Positions 1-10,423 of a stretch of DNA of 64,000 nucleotides are shown piece by piece; within the stretch, counting starts at the first letter, position 1; each line of letters starts with the position of its first letter. The position numbers and the translations under genes are program-made. The notes below the pieces were generated by a model. The model made no database searches. It saw only the letters and a list, made by a program, of their open reading frames with translations, and was not told the DNA's origin. This DNA is from Candidatus Eiseniibacteriota bacterium (GTDB taxonomy: Bacteria; Eisenbacteria; RBG-16-71-46; CAZAMP01). The stretch lies in contig OZ245046.1 of the NCBI GenBank assembly GCA_965224245.1, positions 1,184,001 to 1,248,000 on the forward strand, given 5' to 3'.

Positions 1-1587
1 GGAGCGAAGGACGGCTCGCTGGGCAGCGACGCGTCGGACATCCCGATGCGCGAGCCCTTCAAGTGGAACGCGGTGGCCGGCCCGCCGATGTCGAACTACT
101 ACGCGGCGAACCCCGGCGCCTACGCGGCCAGCGTCTCGCATGACCACGACGGCCGGAGCGTCGAGGAGCAGCTGGGCGTCCCGGGATCGCTTCTCGAGGC
201 TTACCGGCAGCTCATCGGCATTCGGGCCGACAACGTGGCGCTTCGTCGGGGAGCGTATCTACCGGTTACCACGACGTCGATGCGCGCCTGGGCCTTCGTG
301 CGTGATCATCCCGACCAGCAGGTCCTGGTCGCCGTCAACGTATCTGGCAGTCCCGCGTCGTTCACGGCGGACCTGAGCGCGTACGGTATCCCCGGGGGAA
401 GCACCACGCCGATCGACCTCGTGAGCGGGGCATCGCTGCCACCATTGACCGATGCGAACAAGTCCGCTTACGCGATCAGCCTCGCCCCGTACCAGGTCCT
501 GATCCTCGACGTGGATCTGGCGGCGCCGGAGCCACCGGTGAGCCTGGTCGACGGTCGCGACATCCCGGACGAGTTCGGCGCCGGCGCCCACGTCGCGACG
601 CAGGACACGCCCACGTCCCTCGGCGACAACCTCTCGGAGCTGGACGAGCTCTACGTGCGGCGCGAGGGCGAGGTCGTGTTCGTGGGCGCCACCGGTAACC
701 TCGCACTCGACGGCACGGGCTTCGCGCTCCTCGTGGACGCGATGGCGGGCGGACAGAACGTCCTCGACATGACGGGCGCGAGCCCGCCGCCGTCGGGGCC
801 CGAGGCCCTGACCGGCATGCGGCTCGACGCCGGCTTCGAGCCCGAGCGCATGCTCTTCGTGAACGCGTTCGGGGGAAACGTCTACGTCGACGAGTATCGC
901 CTGCTGACCGGGGGCGGGACCACGAAGACGTATCGCGGGGTCGGACTCGTGAACGCCGGGAACGGCTTCCTGTCGGGCGGCGTGAACCCGAACGGCCTCG
1001 AGGTGGCGCTCGACGACACGAACGTCGATGGCGTGACCGACACCGACGCGTCCGGCGCCGCCACCGCGACGACCGGCTTCGAGCTGGCGATCCCCGTCGA
1101 AGATCTGGAGCTGCCGCCCGACGCCGAGACGATGGGCGTCGCCGCGTTTCTGCTTCTGACCTCGGGCGAGGTCTCGAACCAGTGGCTGCCGGGGGTCGGC
1201 GGCATCATGGGTCTCCTGGGCGTGGCGCCCGACATGACCGCCATTGCGGGAGATCAGTTCGGGATCGCGACGCTGGACGACCTGGCCGCCACGCCGCCCG
1301 GCGCGGCCGGCGGTTCGAGGCTCACGGTCTCGGCGAGAATGACCCGAGGCCCCCTGGCCCGGATCCGCATCGCGTCGCCCCGGGCCGGGTCGGTTCGGGT
1401 CACGATCACCGACGTGGCCGGGCGCGAGGTCGCAGAGCTCCGGCGCGACGTCGCCGGACCCGGTGACGTCGTCTTCACGTGGGCCGGTGACGACGTTCAC
1501 GGACGTTCGGTGGGGGCCGGCGTCTATCTCGTACGCGCGCAGCTCGGGCGCGACGCCGCCACGACACGGATCGTGTGGATCCCGTGA
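1..1587 (+). CDS. Secreted GH13 alpha-amylase family protein, C-terminal part (5'-truncated), with CBM9/DOMON-like domain and FlgD/T9SS-like CTD
   Basis: Frame is open from base 1. Has the GH13 tail motifs MREPFKW and SVEEQ..PGSLLEAYRQLIGIR...ALRRG, and a C-terminal ITDVAGREV..W.G.D..G..VGAGVYLVR. Confidence 0.75.
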   Translation, partial: GAKDGSLGSDASDIPMREPFKWNAVAGPPMSNYYAANPGAYAASVSHDHDGRSVEEQLGVPGSLLEAYRQLIGIRADNVALRRGAYLPVTTTSMRAWAFVRDHPDQQVLVAVNVSGSPASFTADLSAYGIPGGSTTPIDLVSGASLPPLTDANKSAYAISLAPYQVLILDVDLAAPEPPVSLVDGRDIPDEFGAGAHVATQDTPTSLGDNLSELDELYVRREGEVVFVGATGNLALDGTGFALLVDAMAGGQNVLDMTGASPPPSGPEALTGMRLDAGFEPERMLFVNAFGGNVYVDEYRLLTGGGTTKTYRGVGLVNAGNGFLSGGVNPNGLEVALDDTNVDGVTDTDASGAATATTGFELAIPVEDLELPPDAETMGVAAFLLLTSGEVSNQWLPGVGGIMGLLGVAPDMTAIAGDQFGIATLDDLAATPPGAAGGSRLTVSARMTRGPLARIRIASPRAGSVRVTITDVAGREVAELRRDVAGPGDVVFTWAGDDVHGRSVGAGVYLVRAQLGRDAATTRIVWIP

Positions 1588-2138
1588 AGCGTGTCGACGC
1601 GATCGCCAGGCATCGGCGGTCGGTCTGGCGCCTCGTCGTCCTCGCGGTCGCGTTCGCGCACGCGGGGTGTGCCGTCGATCGCGGCCGCGCCGCCGGGGCC
1701 GAGGACGTCGCGGCCCTCTACGCGTCGTATCGCCGCGCGTTCCCCGACGTCCCCGAGATCTCGGTCGAGGCGCTGATGGCCGCGCGCGACGAGGCCCGGC
1801 CCGGCGAGGGCGAGGTCGTCCTGGTGGACGTGCGCGACGCATCCGAGCGCGCGGTCTCGGTGATTCCCGGTGCGATCTCGGTGGAGGAGCTCCAGGCGGC
1901 GGGTGACGTGATTCAGGATCGGCTCGTCGTCACCTACTGCACGATCGGCTATCGCAGCGGGCGTTACGCCGAGCGGCTCCTGGAGCGCGACTTCCGGGTG
2001 GCGAACCTCGAGGGGAGCCTTCTGGCCTGGATCCATGCTGGCGGGGCGCTGGTCGACGCCGAGGGACCCACGCGACGGGTACACGTGTACGGAAAGCGAT
2101 GGAATCTGCTGCCGGCCGGGTACGAGCCGGTCTGGTAG
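1584..2138 (+). CDS. Rhodanese-like domain protein, possibly a lipoprotein
   Basis: GTGA overlap with the upstream stop. Motifs VLVDVR..E..VS.IPGA, YCTIGYRS active-site loop and NLEGSLLAW. Hydrophobic N-terminus ends in AHAGC. Confidence 0.85.
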   Translation: MKRVDAIARHRRSVWRLVVLAVAFAHAGCAVDRGRAAGAEDVAALYASYRRAFPDVPEISVEALMAARDEARPGEGEVVLVDVRDASERAVSVIPGAISVEELQAAGDVIQDRLVVTYCTIGYRSGRYAERLLERDFRVANLEGSLLAWIHAGGALVDAEGPTRRVHVYGKRWNLLPAGYEPVW

Positions 2139-2175
2139 ATCGACGAGCGGATGGGCCGAGAGGGGACGTTCCGGG

Positions 2176-2925
2176 ATGCGACTGACGACACGCCTGACCG
2201 CGATGCTGGCCACGTGGGCGGTGCTGGGCGCGACGTCGCCGGCCGGGTCGTCCATCGCGGCGGGTGGCGCCGATGTGCCCGACGTGTGGCCACCCCGGGT
2301 GCTGGCGGCGCTCCCCGCCGCGGATCCGCCCCCGGCGGGGTGGCCGGTTCTCCTGATGCTTCACGGCTACGGCGTGAACAAGGACGACTTCGACGACGTG
2401 GCCGGGTCGCTGTCGGACCACGGGGTGGCGGTCGTCGCGATCGACGGACCCGAGGATCTGGGCGGTGGTCGCCGGCAGTGGGGTCCTGCGTCGGACGTGA
2501 GTCGAACTCACGAGTACGTCCGGGACCGGCTCACGCCGCTCGCGGACGATGCGCGCTTCGACTGGTCGGCCCTCCACGTCGGCGGATTCTCGCAGGGTGC
2601 AACCCACGCGATCTTCCTCGCGCTCACCCATCCGGAGACCTACGACGGCGTGCTGGCGATCTCGCCCGCCGGGGGCAACGTCCCCGAATCCTGGGAGCCG
2701 GGCCCCGGGGCGCACCGGCTCTTCCTCGTCCTCGGCGAGGCCGAGCACGCCGGCATCGAGCGATCGGTCGCGAGCGCGCAGGCCCTGTGGACGACGGCCG
2801 GCCGGGATGTCCGGATCCATCGGCATCCCGGTGGTCACCACTTTCCACCCGACTGGCCGGCGGTCCTCGGCGAAGCCGTGGAGTGGCTGGCCGGGATCGA
2901 GCCGACGGCCGCCGGCAGCCGGTGA
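2176..2925 (+). CDS. Secreted alpha/beta hydrolase (phospholipase/carboxylesterase family)
   Basis: LMLHGYG, GFSQGA nucleophile elbow, GGHH catalytic His, signal peptide. Confidence 0.85.
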   Translation: MRLTTRLTAMLATWAVLGATSPAGSSIAAGGADVPDVWPPRVLAALPAADPPPAGWPVLLMLHGYGVNKDDFDDVAGSLSDHGVAVVAIDGPEDLGGGRRQWGPASDVSRTHEYVRDRLTPLADDARFDWSALHVGGFSQGATHAIFLALTHPETYDGVLAISPAGGNVPESWEPGPGAHRLFLVLGEAEHAGIERSVASAQALWTTAGRDVRIHRHPGGHHFPPDWPAVLGEAVEWLAGIEPTAAGSR

Positions 2926-2927
2926 CC

Positions 2928-2967
2928 GCGCAGGGCGCGCTGCGCACGGCGCGCTGCGCACGGCGCG
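2928..2967. repeat. Short tandem repeat, 14-bp unit gcgca(g/c)ggcgcgct x ~2.9
   Basis: Read directly in the gap between convergent genes. Confidence 0.7.
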
Positions 2968-2973
2968 GGCGAC

Positions 2974-4878
2974 TCAGTCCAGGATGACGACCTTTCGCCG
3001 GAACGTGTCGGTCTCGTCTCGCGCGCGGATGACGTAGATGCCGGCGGCCACGCGAGCCCCCGTGCCGTCGGTCGCGTCCCACGCGAGGCGGACCCAGCCG
3101 CGAACCCGGCGACCGTCGTCCAGTGTCCGCACGCGTCGCCCGCTCACGTCGAGCACGTCCACGGTCACGCGCCCCGACCGCGGGACGTGGAGCGAGACGT
3201 CCACGCCGTCCCGAGATGGGCTGACGATCGGGCTCATGCGCAGCCCGCCGCCCGGTACGACCGGAGGAACACCGACGGTGACCGGCTGGGGGTGAACGCC
3301 GTCGCGGCCGGGGCCGTACCGAACCATGGGCATCTGCACGTCGGCGGTGACGCCCGACGGCGCGAGGTTCCACACGTAGACCGTGTACTGCGGCTCGAGC
3401 GCCAGCCCGGAGACGACGGCCAGCTCGACGTCGCCGTCGGCGTCGACGTCGCCGAACGCGACCGAGTTGTTGAACGGCGAGCCGACCGTGTGAAGCGGCC
3501 ATCCGGCGACCGGCGTGCCGTCGTGGTGGTAGGCGAACAGCCGACCGGTCAGATCCGCGTACTCGGCGTTGTCGCCCCACACGAGCTCGGGATCCCCGTC
3601 GCCGTCCATGTCGGCCACGCTGATCTGTCCGAAGACCGCGTACATCGGCCCCACGGGCCAGCCGTCCACGGGCGTGCCGTCGTGGTGCCACGCATGCACG
3701 TAGTTGATGGGGGCGCCCAGGACGATGTCGGCGGCGATGATCTCGAGATCGTTGTCGCCGTCGAGATCGGAGAACGTCGGCGGCGTGTACACCCACTCGT
3801 CCACGAACACCGGCCAGCCCGGCATCGTGTGCCCGTTGGCGTCGAACACCCAGACCGCGCCGCGTCGTCCGAGGCTCGACAGGCGGTGGGCGCCCACGGC
3901 GATCTCGGGCCGCCCGTCGCCGTCGAGGTCCGCAAAGGTCGGCGTGGCGTAGGAGAACACGTCGCCGCCGAGCGGCGTGAACGGGAACCCCGGGAGCGGG
4001 GTTCCGTCGATGCGGAAGGCATGGAGCCGCACGTAGGTCTCGAAGAAGATCTCGCGCACGCCGTCACCGTCCACGTCGACGGCCCCCGGTGATCCGCCCG
4101 GCAGCCACTCGAACCCGACCGGCCACCCCGGCAGGAGGGCCCCCGTACCGTCGAAGACGTACAGCCGTCCCGAGGGGTAGGTCTTCTCGGTGACCAGGAT
4201 CTCGGCGGCGCCGTCGCCGTCCAGATCCACGACGACCGGGGACCCGACGACGTCGCCCGCGGTCTCCACCGGGAAGCCGGGCACGATCGAGCCGTCGGTC
4301 TCGAACGCATAGGTCCACGCGATCGTGCCGTTCGGCTGCCGGTCGGAGGTCGCGACCACCTCGCCCCGCCCGTCGCCGTCCACGTCGCCGAACGACGCGC
4401 CCCAGAGCGAGAACGTCCCCGTCGGGATCGTGAGCGGCCACCCGGGCAGCGGCGTGCCGTCGGTATCGAGAAGTCGCAGGCGCCGCTCGTCCTTGCCGGA
4501 CGACACGAGCAGCTCGAGCGCGTCGTCGTCGTCGGCCTGGACGAGCACGAGACCCCCGCGTGGACGCCACTCGTCGATCGTGACCGGCCAGCCGGCGAGG
4601 TCGGGGGGCAGAGCCCCCGAGACGCGACCGAGAGCGGCCGATGCGTGCTCGTCGCCCGTCGACGGGAGTCCCGGTCCGACGATCGGCACGAGCCCCGTCA
4701 CGTCGGCCGCCGGGTGGTCGGGACGGGCGATCTCGCGGACGTTCGCGGCGGACGCGGGGCCCACCGACGCGATCGTCACGAGGACGGCCGTGAGCGCGGC
4801 GAGTCCCTCTCGCACCGGCGTCGAGCCCGGGACACGGGTCGCGAGACGGCGACCGGCGGCGGCTTCGTGCGACGTCAT
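2974..4878 (-). CDS. FG-GAP/VCBS repeat beta-propeller protein with FlgD/T9SS-like CTD
   Basis: Repeated D(L/V/M)DGDG..EI and PG(W/F)P motifs; CTD VLDVSGRRVRTL..WDATD..G.RVAAGIYVIR. ATG at 4878 overlaps the upstream stop (ATGA). Confidence 0.85.
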   Translation of the reverse strand: MTSHEAAAGRRLATRVPGSTPVREGLAALTAVLVTIASVGPASAANVREIARPDHPAADVTGLVPIVGPGLPSTGDEHASAALGRVSGALPPDLAGWPVTIDEWRPRGGLVLVQADDDDALELLVSSGKDERRLRLLDTDGTPLPGWPLTIPTGTFSLWGASFGDVDGDGRGEVVATSDRQPNGTIAWTYAFETDGSIVPGFPVETAGDVVGSPVVVDLDGDGAAEILVTEKTYPSGRLYVFDGTGALLPGWPVGFEWLPGGSPGAVDVDGDGVREIFFETYVRLHAFRIDGTPLPGFPFTPLGGDVFSYATPTFADLDGDGRPEIAVGAHRLSSLGRRGAVWVFDANGHTMPGWPVFVDEWVYTPPTFSDLDGDNDLEIIAADIVLGAPINYVHAWHHDGTPVDGWPVGPMYAVFGQISVADMDGDGDPELVWGDNAEYADLTGRLFAYHHDGTPVAGWPLHTVGSPFNNSVAFGDVDADGDVELAVVSGLALEPQYTVYVWNLAPSGVTADVQMPMVRYGPGRDGVHPQPVTVGVPPVVPGGGLRMSPIVSPSRDGVDVSLHVPRSGRVTVDVLDVSGRRVRTLDDGRRVRGWVRLAWDATDGTGARVAAGIYVIRARDETDTFRRKVVILD

Positions 4879-6170
4879 CGCGTCACCACGCGGTGAAGGC
4901 CGGTGCCGTCGGGGGTGACCAGCCGGAGATACCGAACGCCGGCCGGGCCCCCGGCGCCGTCCCAGGCCACGCGATGGCGCCCCGGCGAGAGCCGGCGATC
5001 GACGAGGACGTCCAGGCGGCGACCGCTCACGTCGAACACCTCGAGGCGGGCGTGTCCCCCGTGGACGAGTTCGAGGGTCACAGTCGCCGCACCGCGCACC
5101 GGGTGGGGGCTGACCGCGAGCAGAGCCGACGGGGAGGAGACGCCCGGGGGCACGTCGATCGTGCCGGGTACGAAGCGCGTTCGGAACACGCCGCTGGTCC
5201 GCGTCGCCACGTAGACCGAGTCGCCGACCACGGTCGCGTCGAGCACGTCGAGGCCGGCCAGGTTGCCGGTCTCGTCGTGGAAGCCAGCCGGCGCGAACGA
5301 CGAGAACGCCACCGTACCGGACGTCGTGACGAGGACCGAGGGCTGGAGGATCCCGCGCGCGGTGATGGACTCCTCGCCGACCCACATGTTGCGACCGGGC
5401 AGCGTGGATACCTGGCTCCACTCGCTCTCGTCCGTGCGGCGCATGAACGTGCCGGCGCTGGAGCCGGTGTAGATCGACGTGTCGCCGCCGAGAGGAGGCA
5501 GCGGCGCCGGCTGCCACGCGGCCACGAAGTTGGTCACGGCACCGGGAAGCCCCGTGGACCACGACGTCCAGGAGGCACCGCCGTCGGTACTCCTGGAGAT
5601 CGGCGCGTCCCCGCTCAGGTACACGGAGTTCGCCTGATCCACCATCACCGACGTCATGCCGAACTGACCCGTCCCGAACAGCGTGGTCCACGTCTCACCG
5701 CCGTCGAGCGACCGCAGGAACTCCCCGGGCGAGACGTCCGGCAGGCTACACGCGTAGTAGCGATCGCGATCGAAGCCGTCGCGGGCGAGACCGGTCACGA
5801 GCCCGCCGTCGATGGGGTGGAAGTAGTCGCCGTTCTCGTCGAGACTGTCGCTGGTCTCGACGTATCCCTTGAAGAACGCGTTGACGCGCCCGGTGATCAC
5901 CCGGCTGGGCCGCATCTGGTGACCGATGATCGCGCCGACGTGGCGACCGATCCAGTCCTCCTCGTCGTGCTCCGCCCAGGTGTGCGTCGCGAAGTCGTAG
6001 ACGTGGAATCCCTCGATCGTTCCCACGAGCAGCCGTTCGTGCCACGGATCGTACGTGAGGCTCGTACACGAGATACCGCTCATGCCGGCGAGCTCCCAGT
6101 CGGCCGACCGGGAGCGCTCGGCCACGAGCGTCGAGAGGGTCAGAACGGCGAGCGCGACGGCGAGACGCAT
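4875..6170 (-). CDS. Secreted BNR/Asp-box beta-propeller protein with T9SS-like CTD
   Basis: Signal peptide; Asp-boxes RSLDGGETW and RSTDGGASW; CTD SPHP..VFDVSGRRL..WDG..GVRYLR. Confidence 0.8.
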   Translation of the reverse strand: MRLAVALAVLTLSTLVAERSRSADWELAGMSGISCTSLTYDPWHERLLVGTIEGFHVYDFATHTWAEHDEEDWIGRHVGAIIGHQMRPSRVITGRVNAFFKGYVETSDSLDENGDYFHPIDGGLVTGLARDGFDRDRYYACSLPDVSPGEFLRSLDGGETWTTLFGTGQFGMTSVMVDQANSVYLSGDAPISRSTDGGASWTSWSTGLPGAVTNFVAAWQPAPLPPLGGDTSIYTGSSAGTFMRRTDESEWSQVSTLPGRNMWVGEESITARGILQPSVLVTTSGTVAFSSFAPAGFHDETGNLAGLDVLDATVVGDSVYVATRTSGVFRTRFVPGTIDVPPGVSSPSALLAVSPHPVRGAATVTLELVHGGHARLEVFDVSGRRLDVLVDRRLSPGRHRVAWDGAGGPAGVRYLRLVTPDGTGLHRVVTR

Positions 6171-6359
6171 GATGACCTCCAGCGTAGAGGAACGCGATGG
6201 CCGACGAGTATGGTATCACGGACACGGTCGTCGCTCGACCCCGCATCCGGCCACGGAAAGGGCAACCTGTCGCGCACGATCGCGTACGCTTCGGGGTTGT
6301 CCAGCACGTTCACGGCGAGCGCGGGGACACGACATCTGAATCTGCGAGGTGAGCCTGAA

Positions 6360-8993
6360 ATGCGGTTGCTCCACTCGGTCATCGGCATCGCCGTCCTGAC
6401 GGCGCTCTCGACGTCGTCACCGACGACGGCGCTCGCCGAGGTACGGTCGTACACGACCACCCGAACGCCGCGGCCCCCGCGCATCGACGGCGTGCTCGAC
6501 GATGCCGAGTGGAACGCGGTCCCGTGGGCCGGCGAGTTCACACAGTTCGAGCCGACCGAGGGCGCGGCGCCGAGCGCCGACACGCGGTTCAAGATCCTCT
6601 ACGACGATGCGAACCTGTACATCGCGTACCGGGCCTTCGATGCCGAGCCCGCTGAGATCGCCAGCGTTCTGAGTCGCCGCGACGAGTTCCCGGGCGACTG
6701 GGTGGAGATCAACATCGACAGCTACCACGATCACCGGACGGCGTTCTCGTTCACCGCGAGCGTATCGGGTACGCAGGGCGACGAGTTCATCTCCGAGGAC
6801 GGCGACAGCTGGGACGGCAACTGGGATCCGGTCTGGGAGCACGAGGCGCGCATCGACCGCGAGGGGTGGACGGCCGAGGTCCGTATCCCGCTCAGTCAGC
6901 TCCGCTACGGCAACCACGACGAGCACGTGTGGGGCATCCAGGTGCAGCGCCGCATCTACCGGTACGAAGAGCGCTCGGTCTGGCAGCCCATTTCCCGGGA
7001 CGAAGAGGGCTGGGTCAGCAAGTTCGGCGAGCTCCGGGGAATCCGCGGCATCCGGGCTCAGCGCCGGCTGGAGGTGCTCCCGTACACGGTCGCGCGCGCC
7101 GAGCGCGTCGAGCGAATGGACGGGAATCCCTTCGCCGACGGCAGCGAGAACCGGCTCTCGGCCGGGCTCGACGGGAAGATCGGGGTCACGAGCGACCTGA
7201 CCCTCGATCTGACGGTGAACCCCGATTTCGGTCAGGTGGAGGCCGATCCCTCGGTGGTGAACCTCACCGCCTTCGAGACGTTCTTCTCCGAGAAGCGGCC
7301 GTTCTTCATCGAGGGGGCCAACATCTTCTCGTCGCGACTGGCCCCGTCGGTGGCGTTCGGGACGCACACCCAGGACCGGATCTTCTACTCGCGACGGATC
7401 GGTCGCCCACCTCAGGCCGAGCCCCGCGTCGACGGGTTCGTCGATCAGCCGGACAACACGTCCATCCTCGGGGCGGCCAAGCTGACCGGCAAGACCACGG
7501 GCGGCTGGTCCATCGGGCTCCTGGAGAGCGTGACCGCGCGCGAGCGAGCGGACGTGGAGGAGGACGGGGAGCGCGGCCAGGTCACGGTGGAGCCCGCGAC
7601 GAACTACCTGGTAGGCCGGGTCCAGAAGGACTTCCGGCGCGGACAGACACGCATCGGTGCGATGGTGACCGGCGTCAACCGCGACGTCGGGGATCCGGAG
7701 GTCGCGTTCCTCCACTCGAGCGCCACCGTGGGAGGTGTCGACTTCTTCCACTACGTCGACGAACGACGGTACTACGTGGCCCTGAACGCGGCGGCGAGCC
7801 GTGTGCACGGGGGCGAGGACGCGATCCTCAGGACGCAGCTGGCTCCCGCACGGTACTACCAGCGCCCCGACAACCGCGGTCAGGTGGTTGACACCACGCG
7901 CACGTCGCTGGTCGGCCACGGCGGGTCGCTCCGGCTGGGGAAGTCCTCAGGCAAGCTGAACGCCGAGGTCGGCGTGGCCTGGCGCTCACCGGGGTTCGAG
8001 CTCAACGACGTCGGCTATCTCCGAAACGCAGACGAGGTCAACCAGTTCGCCTGGGCCGGCTACTCCATCCGGAACCCGGTGGGGATCCTCCGCCGCATGT
8101 CGTTCAACGTGAACCAGTGGCTGGACTTCGAGTACGGGGGCGAGAACCTCTACCAGGCCGCGAACTTCAACACGAACGCCACGTTCCTGAACAACTGGAG
8201 CACCAACGCCTCGATCACGCGCGAGAACGAGCGCATCTCCGTGCACGAGCTCCGGGGCGGACCCTCGATGCGACTGCCGGGCTCGGTCAGCGCGAACGCC
8301 GAGCTGAACACCGACTGGCGCCGGACGCTGTCGGGGGGCGTGGGGGGCAGCGTCACGCGTCTCGACGACGACGCCGGCGATTCCAACGACCTGTGGTCCT
8401 GGGTGGCGTGGCGACCGAGCAACGCGATGCGATTGGAGCTGAGCACGTCGTACGGGCGAAACCGGCCCGAGCTCCAGTACGTGACGACCGCCGACCGGGC
8501 CGGGGAGGCCGCCTACGTGTTCGCGCGTCTCGAGCAGGAGACGCTGGATCTCTCGCTGCGCTTCGACTATGCGATCACGCCCGATCTCACCGTGCAGTAC
8601 TACGGGGCGCCGTTCGTGTCCGCCGGGACGTACGACGCGTTCAAGCGCATCGTCGACCCGCGGGCCGGCGAGTACGGTGACCGCTTCGTCGAGCTCGGCG
8701 AGGTGGCGAGGGACGACGCGTCGGCCGGGGTCTACACGGTCGACGAGGACGGCGACGGAGCCGAGGACTATCGCTTCAGCCAGCCGAACTTCGACGTCCG
8801 CGACTTCAACTCGAACCTGGTCGTTCGCTGGCAGTACTCGCCCGGCTCCAGCGTCTTCCTGGTGTGGTCTCAGGCCCGATTCGGCTTCGATCGCACCGGG
8901 CGGTTCGCGGCCGCCGACGACCTCGACGCGCTCTTCGATCGCCATCCGGACGACGTCTTTCTGATCAAGATCAACCGCTGGCTGGACCTGTAG
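6360..8993 (+). CDS. CBM9-like + DUF5916 protein, putative outer-membrane beta-barrel
   Basis: PRIDGVLDDAEW, YDDANLY, GWTAEVRIP, LDLTVNPDFGQVEAD, FETFFSEKRPFFIEG, FYSRRIG; signal peptide; C-terminal FLIKINRWLDL. Confidence 0.85.
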   Translation: MRLLHSVIGIAVLTALSTSSPTTALAEVRSYTTTRTPRPPRIDGVLDDAEWNAVPWAGEFTQFEPTEGAAPSADTRFKILYDDANLYIAYRAFDAEPAEIASVLSRRDEFPGDWVEINIDSYHDHRTAFSFTASVSGTQGDEFISEDGDSWDGNWDPVWEHEARIDREGWTAEVRIPLSQLRYGNHDEHVWGIQVQRRIYRYEERSVWQPISRDEEGWVSKFGELRGIRGIRAQRRLEVLPYTVARAERVERMDGNPFADGSENRLSAGLDGKIGVTSDLTLDLTVNPDFGQVEADPSVVNLTAFETFFSEKRPFFIEGANIFSSRLAPSVAFGTHTQDRIFYSRRIGRPPQAEPRVDGFVDQPDNTSILGAAKLTGKTTGGWSIGLLESVTARERADVEEDGERGQVTVEPATNYLVGRVQKDFRRGQTRIGAMVTGVNRDVGDPEVAFLHSSATVGGVDFFHYVDERRYYVALNAAASRVHGGEDAILRTQLAPARYYQRPDNRGQVVDTTRTSLVGHGGSLRLGKSSGKLNAEVGVAWRSPGFELNDVGYLRNADEVNQFAWAGYSIRNPVGILRRMSFNVNQWLDFEYGGENLYQAANFNTNATFLNNWSTNASITRENERISVHELRGGPSMRLPGSVSANAELNTDWRRTLSGGVGGSVTRLDDDAGDSNDLWSWVAWRPSNAMRLELSTSYGRNRPELQYVTTADRAGEAAYVFARLEQETLDLSLRFDYAITPDLTVQYYGAPFVSAGTYDAFKRIVDPRAGEYGDRFVELGEVARDDASAGVYTVDEDGDGAEDYRFSQPNFDVRDFNSNLVVRWQYSPGSSVFLVWSQARFGFDRTGRFAAADDLDALFDRHPDDVFLIKINRWLDL

Positions 8994-9040
8994 CCCATCG
9001 CCGGGCGAGGTCGCGCTCCGGGGGCGCCAGAGGGCGGCCG

Positions 9041-9059
9041 CAGGGCGCTCGGCGCCCTG
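9041..9059 (+). terminator. GC-rich hairpin after the DUF5916 gene, possible terminator
   Basis: cagggcgc-tcg-gcgccctg stem-loop; no U-tract. Confidence 0.35.
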
Positions 9060-9306
9060 GCGGGCCGGCTCCCCGGCGTCGGTGTTGGGCGGGAACCCGA
9101 TCCTCGTGGATTCTGGACATTGTGGAGGACACGATCATTCTATATTCTTGACCAATGATGTTCTCATAGACACCGAGTGTGTCCCCTTTGCGGCAATCGG
9201 GCGCCGGTCCACACGCCGATCCTCGCGTGACCGCGCGGGGTCGAAGTTCTCCGGTCGAATGGCCGGGTCGGCGCCGGTGGCCGATCGACGAGGGGCTACG
9301 ACATCC

Positions 9307-10419
9307 ATGGCAAGCGTCCCTGAGCCAAGACGGGTCCTGACGGTCTGGTTGGGCATCGGGCTCCTCCTCGGCGCGGTGGTGGTGACCAGCGCCGTCGTCG
9401 ACGTCGATCGGCGCGTCTCCGGTCGATGCCGCCTGCGTCCGCTCGCGCAGTGGACCCTGGTCGAGCTGCGTCCGGGAACGCTCGAGTCGAAGGCCATCGA
9501 CTACACCACGGGACAGACGCTTCACTACCAGCTCTACCAGTTCGAGCGCGACGCGTTCGTGGAGCTGCAGCTTCCCCAGTTCGAGTCCGAGGTCGATTCG
9601 CGCATTCACTACGACAGCGGCCGCCCGCTCGCGCACATCGAAGCCTCGTCGCTCGCCCTGATGATGGCCGAGCGACGCACCGCGTTGGAGCGGGCACGAG
9701 CGCGTCTGGCCGCCCTGGAGGCCGGAGCGAAGCCGGAGGAGCGCCGTCGGGCCGAGGTGGCCCTCGAGCAGGCGCGCGCTTCCCTGGAAGCATACCGGCC
9801 CCGGTACCAGCGCCAGCAGGGGCTGCATGCCGAGCGCCTCGTCAGCGACGACGTCTGGGAGGAGATCGAAGCCACGTATCGCCTGCGCGAGCTGGACGTC
9901 GAGCTGGCCCGGCGCGAGCTGGACGTGATCACGAGCGGCGCGCGCCCCGAGGAGATCGAGGCGGCAAGGGTGCTGGTAAACAACCTCGAGAGCGAGCTGG
10001 ATGTGCAGTCGCGGATGATGTCGGCACAGGAGGTGTCCTCGCCGGTCTCCGGCTGGCTGCGCGTCGGTGGACCCGACCAGGCGATGGTGACCGTGACCGA
10101 TCTCGATTCGATGGTCGTGGAGATCGCACTGCCCCAGCGCCACAGCGGTCGCCCGGAGCCCGGCAACCCCGTCCAGGTGTGGGTTCCCGGGCTCACGCGT
10201 GACGTGATCGACGGATGTGTCCTTCGTGTGGATCGGCGCGCGGCGTTGACGGCGCGGGGCGCGTACGTGACGGTGTGTGCCGCGATTCCGAACCCCGGGG
10301 GCATTCTCGAAGAGGGGCTGGAGGGGCGTGCCACGATCCGCTGCGGCCGGACATCGCTTCTGACGCAGTGGATGGACGACCTCTCCACGCTCGTCCGGCG
10401 CGAGCTGGCCGGGCTCTGA
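9307..10419 (+). CDS. HlyD-family periplasmic adaptor (membrane fusion protein)
   Basis: N-terminal TM helix, long coiled-coil hairpin with GAKPEE and GARPEEIEAA, lipoyl-like VSSPVSG, beta-barrel tail NPGGILEEGLEG. Confidence 0.8.
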   Translation: MASVPEPRRVLTVWLGIGLLLGAVVVTSAVVDVDRRVSGRCRLRPLAQWTLVELRPGTLESKAIDYTTGQTLHYQLYQFERDAFVELQLPQFESEVDSRIHYDSGRPLAHIEASSLALMMAERRTALERARARLAALEAGAKPEERRRAEVALEQARASLEAYRPRYQRQQGLHAERLVSDDVWEEIEATYRLRELDVELARRELDVITSGARPEEIEAARVLVNNLESELDVQSRMMSAQEVSSPVSGWLRVGGPDQAMVTVTDLDSMVVEIALPQRHSGRPEPGNPVQVWVPGLTRDVIDGCVLRVDRRAALTARGAYVTVCAAIPNPGGILEEGLEGRATIRCGRTSLLTQWMDDLSTLVRRELAGL

Positions 10420-10423
10420 CCGC

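Noticed and set aside
4893-6359. Long N-terminal extensions in the ORF track (4893-8993, 2974-5691, 43306-45660, 25222-26274)
   Set aside because: The extensions overlap other real genes. Starts were reassigned using RBS, signal peptides and ATGA coupling.
9100-9190. Pho box upstream of the VTC operon
   Set aside because: No CTGTCAT-type 11-bp direct repeats are visible.
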